A DNA stretch of 64,000 nt from the NCBI GenBank assembly GCA_002418835.1, contig DIEX01000011.1, positions 40,435 to 104,434 on the forward strand, written 5' to 3'. The number at the start of each line of letters is the position of its first letter. Position 1 is the stretch's first letter. The DNA comes from Spirochaetia bacterium UBA5763 (GTDB lineage: Bacteria > Spirochaetota > UBA4802 > UBA5550). Position numbers and translations under genes: made by a program. This document shows positions 9,374 through 20,557 of this stretch, piece after piece. The notes below the pieces were generated by a model. It was given only the letters and a program-made list of their open reading frames with translations. It was not told where the DNA came from and searched no databases.

Positions 9374-10248
9374 TGTCTCTCCAGGGTCTTAAGAAAAGAA
9401 AAAGTGAAGTACTAATCTCTGTCTCCCCGATGGGATGGCTCTTTATATTTTTTGTCATACCGACATTTCTTGTCATAGCAATGGCATTCAGGAGTGCGGA
9501 TCCCTACGGCGGAATCGGAGAGCAGTGGACTCTCAATACGTTAAAAGATCTGCGAAACCCGAACTATCCTCTGATAATCTGGCGCACAGTGTGGCTCAGC
9601 ATAATATCAACCGCGATATGCATTCTTACCGCCATACCTGCAGCCTACTACATTTCACGAATTAAAAAGAAATATCAGGATATAATTCTGCTCTTTATAA
9701 TTGTTCCCTTCTGGATTAATTTTCTCATCAGAATTTTCGCGTGGAAAGTTTTTCTCCACCCTGAGGGGATGTTTAAGCAGCTATTGGTTACACTGCACAT
9801 ATCCGGCCCGGACTCTCTCCTGCTGTACAGGCCGGAAGCTGTTCTTGTGGTAATTGTTTATTCCTATCTCCCTTTTGCGCTGCTTCCGATATACGCCTCC
9901 GCTGAAAAATTTGATTTCCACCTCATGGAGGCGGCTTACGATCTCGGGGCAGGGAGACTTCAGGCATTCATACGGGTTTTTATACCCGGAATCAGACAGG
10001 GACTCCTTACAGCAATAATTGTGGTATTCATACCGGCGCTGGGTTCTTATGTAATCCCTGATATTGTGGGGGGACCATCTGCCGAAATGATCGGGAACAA
10101 AATCGCCCAGAGAACTTTCATAGACAGGAACCTCCCTCATGCAAGCGCCCTGTCTGCGATCCTTGCTTTTGCAGTTATCATACCTTCAGCTCTTGCTCTC
10201 ACAAGACGTTTTTTCAAAGAAAAAAATTCAGGGTCACTGGGGATATAA
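9373..10248 (+). CDS. potB: Spermidine/putrescine ABC transporter permease PotB
   Basis: Polytopic permease. GTG start abuts the potA stop. An alternative ATG lies at 9430. Confidence 0.8.
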   Translation: MSLQGLKKRKSEVLISVSPMGWLFIFFVIPTFLVIAMAFRSADPYGGIGEQWTLNTLKDLRNPNYPLIIWRTVWLSIISTAICILTAIPAAYYISRIKKKYQDIILLFIIVPFWINFLIRIFAWKVFLHPEGMFKQLLVTLHISGPDSLLLYRPEAVLVVIVYSYLPFALLPIYASAEKFDFHLMEAAYDLGAGRLQAFIRVFIPGIRQGLLTAIIVVFIPALGSYVIPDIVGGPSAEMIGNKIAQRTFIDRNLPHASALSAILAFAVIIPSALALTRRFFKEKNSGSLGI

Positions 10249-10250
10249 CC

Positions 10251-11021
10251 ATGAAGAGAAGCCGGTTCCCCTTTTACATGACAATCGCAATTCTTGTTTT
10301 TTTCTATCTCCCCATAGTTATTGTTTTTACACAGTCATTTAACGCGTCCCGGTTCGGGGGGACGTGGAAAGGATTCACATTCGACTGGTATTTCAAACTG
10401 TTTTCTGATAAAAATATCTGGCATGCTTTTTCAAACACCCTTATCATAGCTTTCAGTTCAACAGCTGTATCTGTGGTGCTGGGTACTCTTTCAGCTTTCG
10501 CCCTTTACAAGTATAAAACAAAACTTCAGATAACACACAATATACTGGTTTACCTCCCGCTCGTTATGCCGGATATACTTATGGGTATAAGTTTACTTCT
10601 CTTTTTTGTTTCGCTGAAACTGGAACTGGGGCTCTTTACTATACTCCTGGCGCACATCACTTTCAGTATCAGCTATGTGGCAATGGTGGTGCTTGGGAGA
10701 TTTCAGGATTTCGATTATTCCATATTTGAGGCTGCACTTGATCTGGGCGCCACATGGTGGACAGCGGTCAAAAAAATCATGATCCCTTATCTCATGCCGG
10801 GTATTGCAGCCGGGGGGCTTCTTGCTTTTACTCTCTCCCTTGACGATTTTGTAATTACATTCTTTGTATCAGGGCCGGACTCCACCACTCTCCCGCTATA
10901 TATATACAGCATGATGAGGCATGGTTCACCATCGGTAATCAACGCGCTCTCTGTAATTATGGTATTATTTACTTTCGTAGTAGTCTTTATAAGTAAAAAA
11001 CTTCTGGAGGTTAAGGAATGA
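10251..11021 (+). CDS. potC: Spermidine/putrescine ABC transporter permease PotC
   Basis: 256 aa permease located 2 nt after the potB stop. Confidence 0.8.
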   Translation: MKRSRFPFYMTIAILVFFYLPIVIVFTQSFNASRFGGTWKGFTFDWYFKLFSDKNIWHAFSNTLIIAFSSTAVSVVLGTLSAFALYKYKTKLQITHNILVYLPLVMPDILMGISLLLFFVSLKLELGLFTILLAHITFSISYVAMVVLGRFQDFDYSIFEAALDLGATWWTAVKKIMIPYLMPGIAAGGLLAFTLSLDDFVITFFVSGPDSTTLPLYIYSMMRHGSPSVINALSVIMVLFTFVVVFISKKLLEVKE

Positions 11022-12052
11022 AAAAAGTTCTCCTTGCCGCAGCTGCTGCGGCGCTCTCTCTTCTTATTATCTCATGCGGTTCAAAAAAGAATGAACTTCA
11101 TGTTTACAACTGGGCTGATTACATGAACCCTGCTGTTATTGAAAAATTCGAGAAAGAATACAACTGTAAGGTTGTAATGAATTATTTTGATTCTAATGAA
11201 GCGTTATATGCAAAACTTAAAGCAGGCGCTTCCGGGTACGATATTCTCTTCCCCACAAGCTACATGTCAAAGCTGATGTTTGAGCAGAAAATGATTCAGC
11301 CTATAGATCATTCCAAACTGAAAAATCTGAAGAATATAGATACAAAATTTATACAGAAAGGTCTCGACCCTGAAATGAAATACAGCGTCCCCTACATGAT
11401 GACATTCACCGGTATTGCATATAACACAAAGAAGGTGAAAAACTTCAGGGCATCATGGTCCATGTTTGACAGAGCCGATCTCGCGGGGAGAATGACGCTG
11501 CTGAACGACCTCCGTGAAGTAATAGGCGCTGCCCTGAAATTCAATGGATATGAATACAACTCCATTGACGATAAAGAGCTTGAAACGGCAATGAACACAG
11601 TAATCAAGTGGAAGAAAAATATTGCAAAATTTGACGTTGACGAAGCAAAGAGAGGATTATCTTCAGGAGAATTCTTTCTTATACAGGTTTATAACGGCGA
11701 TGCTCTCCAGCTAATCAGTGAAAATCCTGATCTTGCCTTTGCAACCCCGGCAGAAGGGACAACTCTGAGCCAGGATGATTTTGTTATACCTGTTACAGCC
11801 AAAAATACTGATCTTGCATATAAGTTTATCGACTTCATGCTGAATCCGGAAAACTCAAAGACTAATATGGAGTTCGTATACTATCTTTCACCTAACATCC
11901 CGGCCCAGAAACTCATGAGTGAAGAATTTCTGACAGACCCGGCAATAAATCCGCCGAAAGCTGTGCTTGATAAAAGCGATTTTCTGAAAGACCTGGGTGA
12001 AAATAATTCAAAATATTCTGTTACCTGGGATAAAATTAAATCCTCCAATTAA
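11018..12052 (+). CDS. potD: Spermidine/putrescine-binding periplasmic lipoprotein PotD
   Basis: Lipoprotein signal LLIISCGS. PotD/PotF family fold. Overlaps the potC stop by 4 nt. Confidence 0.8.
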   Translation: MKKVLLAAAAAALSLLIISCGSKKNELHVYNWADYMNPAVIEKFEKEYNCKVVMNYFDSNEALYAKLKAGASGYDILFPTSYMSKLMFEQKMIQPIDHSKLKNLKNIDTKFIQKGLDPEMKYSVPYMMTFTGIAYNTKKVKNFRASWSMFDRADLAGRMTLLNDLREVIGAALKFNGYEYNSIDDKELETAMNTVIKWKKNIAKFDVDEAKRGLSSGEFFLIQVYNGDALQLISENPDLAFATPAEGTTLSQDDFVIPVTAKNTDLAYKFIDFMLNPENSKTNMEFVYYLSPNIPAQKLMSEEFLTDPAINPPKAVLDKSDFLKDLGENNSKYSVTWDKIKSSN

Positions 12053-12195
12053 TAAGCACTAATGCTCCGGCTTTTCTGCTCTTAACGCCGGAGCAAATAT
12101 GTTTATGAATAAAGGCGGACAGACCGGAATTATTTTCCTGATTCAATACCGCACCAGTCTTTTAATTCAATCCATAAATAAACCGGAGTATTGAG

Positions 12196-12903
12196 ATGAA
12201 CCAGATCCTCCTCTTCCCTGAAGATTATATTTCAGACAGCAGGGTTATTCTCAGGGAGAGGCGCTTTCAGCACCTCCTTTCAATTATAAAAATAAAAACC
12301 GGGGACAGGCTTAAAGCCGGAATTATAAACGGCATGCGCGGCGAAGCAGTTGTTGCTGAAAAAGGGAGCGATTATGCCATACTTGAAACATCTCTAACTG
12401 ACCCTCCACCTGCGTCGCTGCCTCTGACTCTTGTTATTGCCATGCCGCGTCCCAAAAGTCTTCGTAAAGCTGTTCACTATGCCACAGCAATGGGTGTAAA
12501 AAAAATCTTTATCATACGCACATGGAAAGTTGAGAAGAGCTACTTCGATTCACCTGCTCTTGAGGAAGGCGCACTGAAGATGGAGATGATTCTGGCTCTT
12601 GAACAGGCTCGCGATACAATACTACCTGAAATCCAGGTTAAAAAGCTTTTCAGGCCCTTTGTGGAGGATGAACTCCCTTTAATCTCTGATGGAACATTAA
12701 AACTGACTGCACACCCCTCAGCGGAGAGTGAATGCCCGCGGTATGTCAGAAGCCCTGTCACACTTGTGCTCGGTCCGGAGGGGGGACTTATCGATTATGA
12801 AGTGGAGCTGCTCGAAGAGATCGGTTTCTCCACAGTTCATATGGGGGAGAGAATTCTCCGCGTTGAGAATGCTGTCCCAGCCCTTATTGGAAGGCTTTAT
12901 TGA
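12196..12903 (+). CDS. rsmE: 16S rRNA (uracil1498-N3)-methyltransferase RsmE
   Basis: 235 aa. N-terminal PUA-like region (RFQHLL) and C-terminal SPOUT motifs LVLGPEGGL...GERILRVENA. GGAG RBS. Confidence 0.75.
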   Translation: MNQILLFPEDYISDSRVILRERRFQHLLSIIKIKTGDRLKAGIINGMRGEAVVAEKGSDYAILETSLTDPPPASLPLTLVIAMPRPKSLRKAVHYATAMGVKKIFIIRTWKVEKSYFDSPALEEGALKMEMILALEQARDTILPEIQVKKLFRPFVEDELPLISDGTLKLTAHPSAESECPRYVRSPVTLVLGPEGGLIDYEVELLEEIGFSTVHMGERILRVENAVPALIGRLY

Positions 12904-13048
12904 TATTCATCCCCCTGTCTGCCGCAAAAAAATATATAAAACTTATTATAATAAACTTAAATATCATTCTTGACAAATAATCAAATCATGGAATCAATTC
13001 TATCTTAATTTTATTATAGCATTTTACGATTGAATTATAACATTAAAT

Positions 13049-13158
13049 TGTCATTTTGAAGAAGCGTAAGCAACTGAGACGACCGTAGTAGAGCTGTGAG
13101 CTAATCTATCTTTTAAAAATAATTTTTTAGATTTCTCACATGCGTTCGAAATGACATT
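13049..13158. repeat. MITE-like element, copy B (~110 bp), a diverged copy of 5819-5953
   Basis: TGTCATTTTGAAGAAGCGTAAGCAACTGAG... ...AGATTTCTCACATGCGTTCGAAATGACA. Shares the terminal inverted repeats and 5' ~30 nt with copy A; the inner left arm is degenerate. Confidence 0.45.
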
Positions 13159-13347
13159 GCCCTAATCATTTCGTAAATCGCTATAGCTGTATTAATTGCA
13201 GCGTTAAAAAAACTCATTATTCATATATTCACAAAAACTTTTTTTTAAAATTAGCAGGCATTCCACAGTGTCAGTAATGCCGGAGGGGTTATATGATCCC
13301 GAACATATGCTGACCAGCCTGAATCAAAAACTCTGACGAGGTGGTCA

Positions 13348-14805
13348 ATGACATTTTCAATAGTACTGCTTTCAATCTTCTTCGCAGTGATGATAGGCAT
13401 CGGCGTATGGGGCATGAAAAAGACAGTATCACTTAATGATTTTTTCCTGGGGGGGAGATCAATCGGCCCCTGGGTATCTGCCCTTGCCTACGGGACAACA
13501 TATTTTTCCGCTGTTGCATTTATCGGCTTTGCCGGTAAATTAGGCTGGGTCTTCGGCCTGCATACAATGTGGATTGTGGCTGGCAACGCCCTCTTCGGCG
13601 CTTTTGCCGCATGGATGGTGCTGGGACGCAGAACAAGGATTATGACACAGAACCTTGATGTTATGACAATGCCGGAGTTCCTCCAGGAGAGATACCAGGG
13701 CAAATACACGAAGATGTTTTCCGCAGTTGTAATTTTCGTCTTTCTCCTCCCTTATTCAGCATCTGTCTTCAAAGGGCTGGGGCATTTATTTGAAGCAAAC
13801 TTCCATATATCCTATGATGTGGCGCTCCTTATTATGATAGGTATAACAGGTATATATCTTGTGTTAGGTGGATACTTCGCGATTACACTCATTGATTTTA
13901 TCCAGGGGCTTATTATGATAATAGGTTCTCTTGCCATGGTATCTGTATTTGTATCAAAGGGTGGCGGGATTACTGAAATTATCGGGAATATAACAGAGGG
14001 GTATAACCAGCATATGCCTGCTGATAAACGTCCGCCTATGCTTCTGCTTGCGGGGCTTGTTTTTATGACATCCTTCGGAACATGGGGGCTCCCGCAGATG
14101 GTGCAGAAATTTTATGCCGTGAAAAACGAGAAGGTTATACCGAAGGCTGCTGTTGCCACATTTTTCTTTGCCCTCGTTATCGGATTCGCAGCATATTTTA
14201 CAGGTACAACATCCCATGTTTTCATGGATAAACTCCCTTTAGTTAACGGCACGCCCGCTTTTGACAGGATTGTACCTCAGCTGCTTACGGGTTATCTGCC
14301 GCAGGGGCTAATGGCGCTTATTCTTCTCCTTGTGCTCTCCGCTTCGATGTCAACACTGTCATCACTTGTGCTTGTGTCATCATCATCAATCGCGGTTGAC
14401 CTCTACAAGGGGCATGTGAACACAGAGGTTTCCACAGAAAATTCTGTTGCAATGATGCGATTTCTCAGCGCGCTCTTTATAATAATATCTTTCTTCATCG
14501 CGCGTTACGAGTTTGCAATAATCATAACGCTGATGTCACTTTCATGGGGAGCTGTTGCCGGAACATTCATGGCCGCTTATCTCTACGGACTATACTGGAA
14601 AAGAGCGACACTTACAGGTGCAGCTTGCGGTATGGTAACAGGGCTTGTAACTTCCATTACGTTGTTCTATGTTCTGGGGCCTGCAAATTCACCAATAGCT
14701 TCATCGATTGCCATGATTATTCCATTCTTTATTATTCCGGCTGTAAGCTTTTTTACAAACCCCCCTGAAAAGGAACTGATTGATCAGGCTTTCAAAGGAA
14801 TATGA
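13348..14805 (+). CDS. Sodium:solute symporter family transporter (PanF/PutP-like)
   Basis: 485 aa with 12-13 TM helices. SSF signature region GGRSIGPWVSALAYGTTYFSAVAFIGFAG. GAGGTGG RBS. Confidence 0.8.
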   Translation: MTFSIVLLSIFFAVMIGIGVWGMKKTVSLNDFFLGGRSIGPWVSALAYGTTYFSAVAFIGFAGKLGWVFGLHTMWIVAGNALFGAFAAWMVLGRRTRIMTQNLDVMTMPEFLQERYQGKYTKMFSAVVIFVFLLPYSASVFKGLGHLFEANFHISYDVALLIMIGITGIYLVLGGYFAITLIDFIQGLIMIIGSLAMVSVFVSKGGGITEIIGNITEGYNQHMPADKRPPMLLLAGLVFMTSFGTWGLPQMVQKFYAVKNEKVIPKAAVATFFFALVIGFAAYFTGTTSHVFMDKLPLVNGTPAFDRIVPQLLTGYLPQGLMALILLLVLSASMSTLSSLVLVSSSSIAVDLYKGHVNTEVSTENSVAMMRFLSALFIIISFFIARYEFAIIITLMSLSWGAVAGTFMAAYLYGLYWKRATLTGAACGMVTGLVTSITLFYVLGPANSPIASSIAMIIPFFIIPAVSFFTNPPEKELIDQAFKGI

Positions 14806-14820
14806 AACAATTTCACTGTT

Positions 14821-14859
14821 AAAAGGCGCCGGAAGGTGCCTTTTAACTTCCAGTTTTTT
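14821..14859 (+). terminator. Rho-independent terminator downstream of the symporter gene
   Basis: AAAAGGCGCC-GGAA-GGTGCCTTTT stem (GNRA loop, one G-U pair) followed by AACTTCCAGTTTTTT. Confidence 0.5.
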
Positions 14860-14896
14860 CTTGCTTTTTATCCCGCATTAATTATTATTCATTAAC

Positions 14897-15688
14897 ATGA
14901 AATTCAGGGCAATATTCATATCACTGTTCATCACTATACTGACATCATCTTTTTCTCAGACAAGAGATGTGGTAAGAGTGGCTTGCTTTTCATATCCTCC
15001 GAACCTGATTACTGACAGACTTGGAGCAGGCCCCGGCAGACCGAAGGGGGCAATTGTCCAGGTCTGGGAAAATTATATCGCGCCTGAGGCGGGAATAAAA
15101 ATCGAGTGGATCGGTCCATACCCCTTCACACGGGCAATGGCAATGCTTGAATCTGGCGAAGCTGACGCTATACAGCACTTGTCAAGAACACCTGATCGCA
15201 CAGCCCGGTTTATATTTTCAGATAAACCCGTTATGTGGGGTAGGCAGGGGATACTTGTACTTAAATCTGAAAAGGCCCGGGAGCTCAGTAAACCGGAGGG
15301 ACCCGGCAATAGAAAAATAGCAATGATTGGAGACGGATACCTGGCTCCTTTCCTGCTGCATAATAAAAAAAATCTGAATATTATCGAAGTCTTCGGTGAA
15401 GATGCCGGTCAGAAGATTGTAAGGATGCTTCTTTCAGGGAGAATCTGGGGCGCTTACTTTACCTTCCCGGACGTACTTCTTTACTACGCGGCTCTGGAAC
15501 GGAGACTCGATGACGTGAAAGTTATTTCATTCCCGGGTTCGGACAGCGATGAGGTCACTTACGCGGCAATGTCTAAAAAGCTCGACCCCGCTATTACACG
15601 GAGAATTAACTCCGCAATCACGAAAGTCTCCGGCACATATAATTACCCAGGCATGACCAGAAAAATTTTTAATGAGATAAACCGCTGA
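14897..15688 (+). CDS. Periplasmic solute-binding protein, family 3 (orphan; no cognate permease adjacent)
   Basis: Signal peptide MKFRAIFISLFITILTSSFSQ. Bilobal PBPb-like composition. Call is by fold-level resemblance only. Confidence 0.55.
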   Translation: MKFRAIFISLFITILTSSFSQTRDVVRVACFSYPPNLITDRLGAGPGRPKGAIVQVWENYIAPEAGIKIEWIGPYPFTRAMAMLESGEADAIQHLSRTPDRTARFIFSDKPVMWGRQGILVLKSEKARELSKPEGPGNRKIAMIGDGYLAPFLLHNKKNLNIIEVFGEDAGQKIVRMLLSGRIWGAYFTFPDVLLYYAALERRLDDVKVISFPGSDSDEVTYAAMSKKLDPAITRRINSAITKVSGTYNYPGMTRKIFNEINR

Positions 15689-15829
15689 CATTATTTTAAA
15701 AATACCTGAGCAGCCTGAATATGAGCACCATTCCAAGCACGAGGATAATTATATTTATTATAATAAAAAAAATATATCCTGCCATAAAATAGAATTTTCG
15801 TTTATCAGTAATTCTTTTCAATGGCATAT

Positions 15830-16447
15830 TTATTCACGTCCCTTCCCTATCAGTTTTTTAATAAAAATTTCTTCACGTTCAATCTCCTCCAGCCTGTCCG
15901 AGATGTATTTTCTGGTCTCTTCATGAGCCGGAATAAATATTTTTTCCAGAGCATTTACCCTTCGCTGGACTTTTTTAAGCTCAATAGAGAGAAGAAAAAC
16001 TTTTTTTGCGAGTGAAGCATAATCTGTTATTAGTTTCAGCAACGAAGGAGTGCCGAGCTTAATCATATCATAAGACGCCCCTGTGCCGAGTAGAGATGCG
16101 GACATTTCCGGAGGGGCGGACTCTATCATGTTATGCGGAATTGATATCCCCATGAGCCTTGTCCATTCCACTGATATATTATATTCCGGTTTCTCCGACA
16201 TTGCTTTTACAGCAAGAGTCTCAGCACCTGAATCAACAGCTGCGGATTTATACCTGCCATAGAGTTCATCCAGCGACTGTTTGAACTCATCTTCAATCAC
16301 CCTGATATTCTTAACAGTTTTCACGATCTCAAGAACAAGTATCTCTCTCTTCTGGTTGAGAAGGTCAAAGCCTTCGTATGCAAATTCGAGATCCGACTTA
16401 ACTTTTCTCAGATTGGATTTTGTCGGTGCAACGTCTATCCTCTGCAT
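15830..16447 (-). CDS. atpD: V/A-type ATP synthase subunit D
   Basis: 205 aa. Conserved N-terminus ([37 protein letters not shown]) typical of V-type D subunits. Start overlaps the subunit B stop by 1 nt. Confidence 0.85.
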   Translation of the reverse strand: MQRIDVAPTKSNLRKVKSDLEFAYEGFDLLNQKREILVLEIVKTVKNIRVIEDEFKQSLDELYGRYKSAAVDSGAETLAVKAMSEKPEYNISVEWTRLMGISIPHNMIESAPPEMSASLLGTGASYDMIKLGTPSLLKLITDYASLAKKVFLLSIELKKVQRRVNALEKIFIPAHEETRKYISDRLEEIEREEIFIKKLIGKGRE

Positions 16448-17850
16448 TACTTCTCTCCGCTTTTATCAGGGATATAATACCGCTGTATATCATCGCGGGA
16501 AATCCTGTATAGCTCCTCTTCCGGAAGGAACGAAAGCATCTTCCATCCTATTGAAAGCGTAGTTTCAATGTCACGATTTTCGTCATATCCCTGGCTCAGA
16601 TACTCATCTTCAAAAGCCCGGCCAAAATGGAGATAAAGCTTATCGATTTTCGACAGTTCCTCTTCACCTACAATTGCAGCAAGGGATCTTATCCTTTTAA
16701 CTTTCGCATAACAGGCAAACAACTGAGCCGCAAGCCCGGCATGATCTTTACGCGTTCTCCCTTCACCTATTCCGTCCTTCATCAGACGGGAGAGAGAGGG
16801 GAGTCCGGCAATAGGGGGATATATCCCGCGATTAAACAGCTCCCTTTCGAGAACTATCTGGCCTTCAGTTATATAGCCTGTAAGATCCGGAACAGGATGC
16901 GATATATCATCACTTGGCATTGTGAGGATCGGTATCTGCGTAATTGATCCCCTTCTCCCCCTGATTCTTCCGGATCTTTCATATATTGAAGCAAGGTCGC
17001 TGTACAGATAACCGGGATATCCTTTCCGGGATGGTATTTCTCCACGGGAGCTTGAAAGTTCGCGAAGTGATTCACAATAGTTTGTCATGTCTGTCAGTAT
17101 AACAAGAACATGCATTTCGAGATCGTATGCAAGATATTCAGCCAGTGTAAGCGCGGCACGTGGAGTTATAATTCTCTCTATTGACGGAGAGTTTGCAAGA
17201 CTCAGAAAAATTGCCGAGTTATCAAGAACTCCGCTCTCCTCAAGTGAATTGATAAAAAACCATGCAACGTCAAACTTCACACCCATTGCTGCAAAAACAA
17301 CAGTGAACTCCTCTTCAGATGTCAGAATTTTTGCCTGCCTGGCAATCTGCGCAGCTATTCTGTTATGCGGCATACCGCTTCCGGAAAACACGGGGAGCTT
17401 CTGTCCCCGGATAAGGGTATTCATTCCGTCAATGGCAGATATGCCTGTCTGAATAAAGTCACGGGGATACTCCCTGCTGTAGGGATTGATCGGAAGCCCG
17501 TTTATATCACGCATAACCTCAGAAACCACCTGCGGTGCGCCGTCAATAGGCCGCCCGAGCCCGTCGAAAATTCTCCCTAACATATCTCTGTGAACCGGTA
17601 TCTCCAGTGTTTTCCCGAGAAATACTGTTCGCATATTCCTCTGAGAAAGTCCGGTAGTCCCTTCAAAAACCTGCACCACAGCTTTATCTTCATCCACTTC
17701 AAGGGTCTGGCCGATCCGAATCTCACCTGAAGGCGTTCTGATTTCAACAAGCTCACCATAGCCTACACCCTTCACCCCCTCCACAATAATCAGAGGGCCC
17801 GTGATACCTGCAACATTCATGTACTCACGCTCAGACACCGGAAGCACCAT
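16447..17850 (-). CDS. atpB: V/A-type ATP synthase subunit B (non-catalytic)
   Basis: 467 aa ATPase alpha/beta-fold protein without a canonical P-loop Lys, with conserved V-type B blocks ([22 protein letters not shown]). Exact start uncertain: ATG at 17850 or 17820. Confidence 0.9.
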   Translation of the reverse strand: MVLPVSEREYMNVAGITGPLIIVEGVKGVGYGELVEIRTPSGEIRIGQTLEVDEDKAVVQVFEGTTGLSQRNMRTVFLGKTLEIPVHRDMLGRIFDGLGRPIDGAPQVVSEVMRDINGLPINPYSREYPRDFIQTGISAIDGMNTLIRGQKLPVFSGSGMPHNRIAAQIARQAKILTSEEEFTVVFAAMGVKFDVAWFFINSLEESGVLDNSAIFLSLANSPSIERIITPRAALTLAEYLAYDLEMHVLVILTDMTNYCESLRELSSSRGEIPSRKGYPGYLYSDLASIYERSGRIRGRRGSITQIPILTMPSDDISHPVPDLTGYITEGQIVLERELFNRGIYPPIAGLPSLSRLMKDGIGEGRTRKDHAGLAAQLFACYAKVKRIRSLAAIVGEEELSKIDKLYLHFGRAFEDEYLSQGYDENRDIETTLSIGWKMLSFLPEEELYRISRDDIQRYYIPDKSGEK

Positions 17851-19618
17851 CCTTAGCTTTTCTCAGTAATTCATACATCCCTGACACGAGTTTCTCTTCA
17901 AACTGGTCTATCATTTCATTCTCATCATTCCCGATTTCTGATTTGAGCCTTGCCAGTTCCGGAATACCGGGCATTTCAAGGATATCCTTAAGATCAACAC
18001 CACTACTGATAAGCTTGTTCCCCTCATGGAAAAATTTCGTCATCAATTTTAATAGTTTCATCTGCTTCAAAGGCGTGCTGTACATATCCTTTGGATCAAA
18101 GGCATTCTGCTGAAGAAAACCGTTTTTTATCAGTTCCGCACACTGCAGAAGGAATCTCTGTTCAACAGGAAGAGCATCAGGCCCCACAAGTTTAACTATC
18201 TGCTGAAGCCTGTTCTCTTCGAGGAGAATATTCAGCGCCGCAGACCGTATCTCATGCCAGGCGCTGTCCACTGCTATCCACCAGCCCTTTATATCATCCA
18301 GATACTCGCTGTAACTGTCTATCCAGCTGATTGAAGGGTAATGCCTTGCATCGGCAAGTATCTTGTCAAGAGCCCAGAAGCACCGTACAAAACGTGTGGT
18401 ATGCTGTGTTACAGGTTCGGAAAAATCCCCTCCGGGTGGCGAAACAGCTCCGATTATTGAGATACTCCCCTCTGTACCGCATAACGTTTCAACATACCCC
18501 CCCCGCTCGTAAAACTCCGCAAGTCTTGTTGCAAGATAGGACGGGAACCCCTCCTCTGCCGGCATATCACCCAGCCTGCTGGAGAGTTCCCGGAGAGCCT
18601 CTGCCCACCGCGACGTGGAGTCTGCCATTATAGCTACATTGTACCCCATATCGCGGTAATATTCGGCAATGGTAACCCCGGTGTATATGCTCACCTCCCG
18701 GGCGGCAACAGGCATATTGGATGTGTTTGCAATCATCACTGTGCGTTCCATAAGGGGGTGCCCGGATCTGGGATCAACCAGTTTAGGAAACTCATTGAGC
18801 ACATCGGTCATCTCATTACCCCTTTCACCGCAGCCGATGTAGACGATTATCTCAGCATCGCACCATTTTGCCAGGGCATGCTGCGTCATGGTTTTTCCGG
18901 TGCCGAAACCTCCGGGTATAGCAGCTGTCCCTCCGCGAGCTATAGGAAAAAAGGTATCAATAATCCGCTGTCCTGTTATAAGTGGTACTGTTGATTTCTT
19001 CTTCTCCAGGAAAGGCCGGGGTTTACGCACAGGCCAGTAGTTAGCAAGCTTCCCTGAAAAAATTCCTGTTTCTGTTTTTATACGATAGATCTCATCCTCA
19101 ATAGTGTAACTTCCGGAGGGGGCGATGTAGTCTAACCTCCCTGAGACACCGGGGGGTATCATAACTCTGTGGAGCACAGCTTCACTCTCCATTATTCCCC
19201 CGATTACCATACCGCTCTTTATCTCATCACCTTCAGTCGCAGTAATATCAACACACCATTTTCTTTCAATATCAAGAGGAGATGCTTTAACACCTTTGGT
19301 GATGAATGAGCCTGTAATCTGTTCGAGACTGATAAGGGGGCGCTGGATGCCGTCATAGATATTGGATATTAAACCGGGGCCAAGAAGCACAGAGAGCGGC
19401 CTCCCTGATGTTGTGACCGTGTCTCCAGGTTTTAATCCAGTGTTATCCTCGTAAACCTGGATCACCGCGATTTCATTCTGGAACCGGATAAGTTCACCTA
19501 TAAGTCTGTATGGCCCTACTTCAGCCATATCCATCATCCCGGCGCCGGTGAGCCCCACAGCTTTAACTATAGGGCCGTTAACGCTTACGATTCTCCCTGT
19601 CAGACCGGTTTCGCTCAC
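17831..19618 (-). CDS. atpA: V/A-type ATP synthase catalytic subunit A
   Basis: 595 aa. Walker A GGFGTGKT, and [17 protein letters not shown] and GFPSYL motifs diagnostic of the V/A-type A subunit. Confidence 0.9.
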   Translation of the reverse strand: MSETGLTGRIVSVNGPIVKAVGLTGAGMMDMAEVGPYRLIGELIRFQNEIAVIQVYEDNTGLKPGDTVTTSGRPLSVLLGPGLISNIYDGIQRPLISLEQITGSFITKGVKASPLDIERKWCVDITATEGDEIKSGMVIGGIMESEAVLHRVMIPPGVSGRLDYIAPSGSYTIEDEIYRIKTETGIFSGKLANYWPVRKPRPFLEKKKSTVPLITGQRIIDTFFPIARGGTAAIPGGFGTGKTMTQHALAKWCDAEIIVYIGCGERGNEMTDVLNEFPKLVDPRSGHPLMERTVMIANTSNMPVAAREVSIYTGVTIAEYYRDMGYNVAIMADSTSRWAEALRELSSRLGDMPAEEGFPSYLATRLAEFYERGGYVETLCGTEGSISIIGAVSPPGGDFSEPVTQHTTRFVRCFWALDKILADARHYPSISWIDSYSEYLDDIKGWWIAVDSAWHEIRSAALNILLEENRLQQIVKLVGPDALPVEQRFLLQCAELIKNGFLQQNAFDPKDMYSTPLKQMKLLKLMTKFFHEGNKLISSGVDLKDILEMPGIPELARLKSEIGNDENEMIDQFEEKLVSGMYELLRKAKDGASGV

Positions 19619-20250
19619 CTGATTTCCACCCCGTCAGCGTAATCATTAACAAACCTCATAATAATTCTTTTCAGCTCATCACTCTTCCTGTACAAAATTC
19701 TTTCCACGGTATTATTGAAAACAACTTCAGGTTCATCATCAATAACCAACGCGCCCCCTGTTGTAATACGTTCATCATAAGTAATCCTGATTTTAATATT
19801 ACTGCTGTTTTTTACCACTTCATTCATTATCATTTCATGAAATTCCGCGTCACCGGGAGATAAACATATTGTCATGCTTTGCCCTGTTATATCCTTCAGA
19901 GGTGTGATTACGCATTGCTTAAGAAAATCTGCGTATCGTCTGTCACCCCTTATAATCTCTGACGCTCCGGTTAACACACTGCTGATGAACCTGTTTATTA
20001 CCTCAAGATTCTGCTTTTTTAATTCGATTGAAAAGAGATTTGCGGCTTTACCCTCTTCGTACTCAATCATTTTATCTGACTTTGTCTGCTCCTCAGCACG
20101 GAACTTCCCGATCTCATCTTTTACTGCATCTTCTATTCTTTTAATTTCAGCATCAGCATCAGAATTAATCCCGTCAATTTTTGATTTCACATTCCTGCGC
20201 AGAGTTTCAATCATACCGGCAGGGTCATTCTTTAATACTGTTTCATTCAC
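19615..20250 (-). CDS. atpE: V/A-type ATP synthase subunit E (peripheral stalk)
   Basis: 211 aa with a charged coiled-coil N-terminus and a globular C-terminus. Position immediately upstream of atpA. Confidence 0.6.
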   Translation of the reverse strand: MNETVLKNDPAGMIETLRRNVKSKIDGINSDADAEIKRIEDAVKDEIGKFRAEEQTKSDKMIEYEEGKAANLFSIELKKQNLEVINRFISSVLTGASEIIRGDRRYADFLKQCVITPLKDITGQSMTICLSPGDAEFHEMIMNEVVKNSSNIKIRITYDERITTGGALVIDDEPEVVFNNTVERILYRKSDELKRIIMRFVNDYADGVEIR

Positions 20251-20552
20251 AGCGCCACCCCCAGGGCATCTGTTATATAACCTGTAAGTGACTTACCGAA
20301 TCCCCCCTCATCATCAATACCGGGTATTTCAATTATAACCCGGCGCGGCGTTTCGAGGTTTACCCTTTTGATAATATCACCCAGAGATTCAGAGCACCCC
20401 CTTGTCACAAGTATAACCAGTGCCTTATCATCTGAAAGAAGAGATTTAAGAATATGAGCGGAATTTGACGCATCAGCATAAAAACCTTCAATCCCGCATA
20501 TCCTGAAGGCATTCACGGTATGAGCATCACCTATGAGAAAAATTTTTTCCAT
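20247..20552 (-). CDS. atpF: V/A-type ATP synthase subunit F
   Basis: 101 aa (MEKIFLIGDAHTVNAFRICGIEG...ALVILVTRGCSE) resembling the V-type F fold. 4 nt overlap with atpE. Confidence 0.65.
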   Translation of the reverse strand: MEKIFLIGDAHTVNAFRICGIEGFYADASNSAHILKSLLSDDKALVILVTRGCSESLGDIIKRVNLETPRRVIIEIPGIDDEGGFGKSLTGYITDALGVAL

Positions 20553-20557
20553 AAGAA

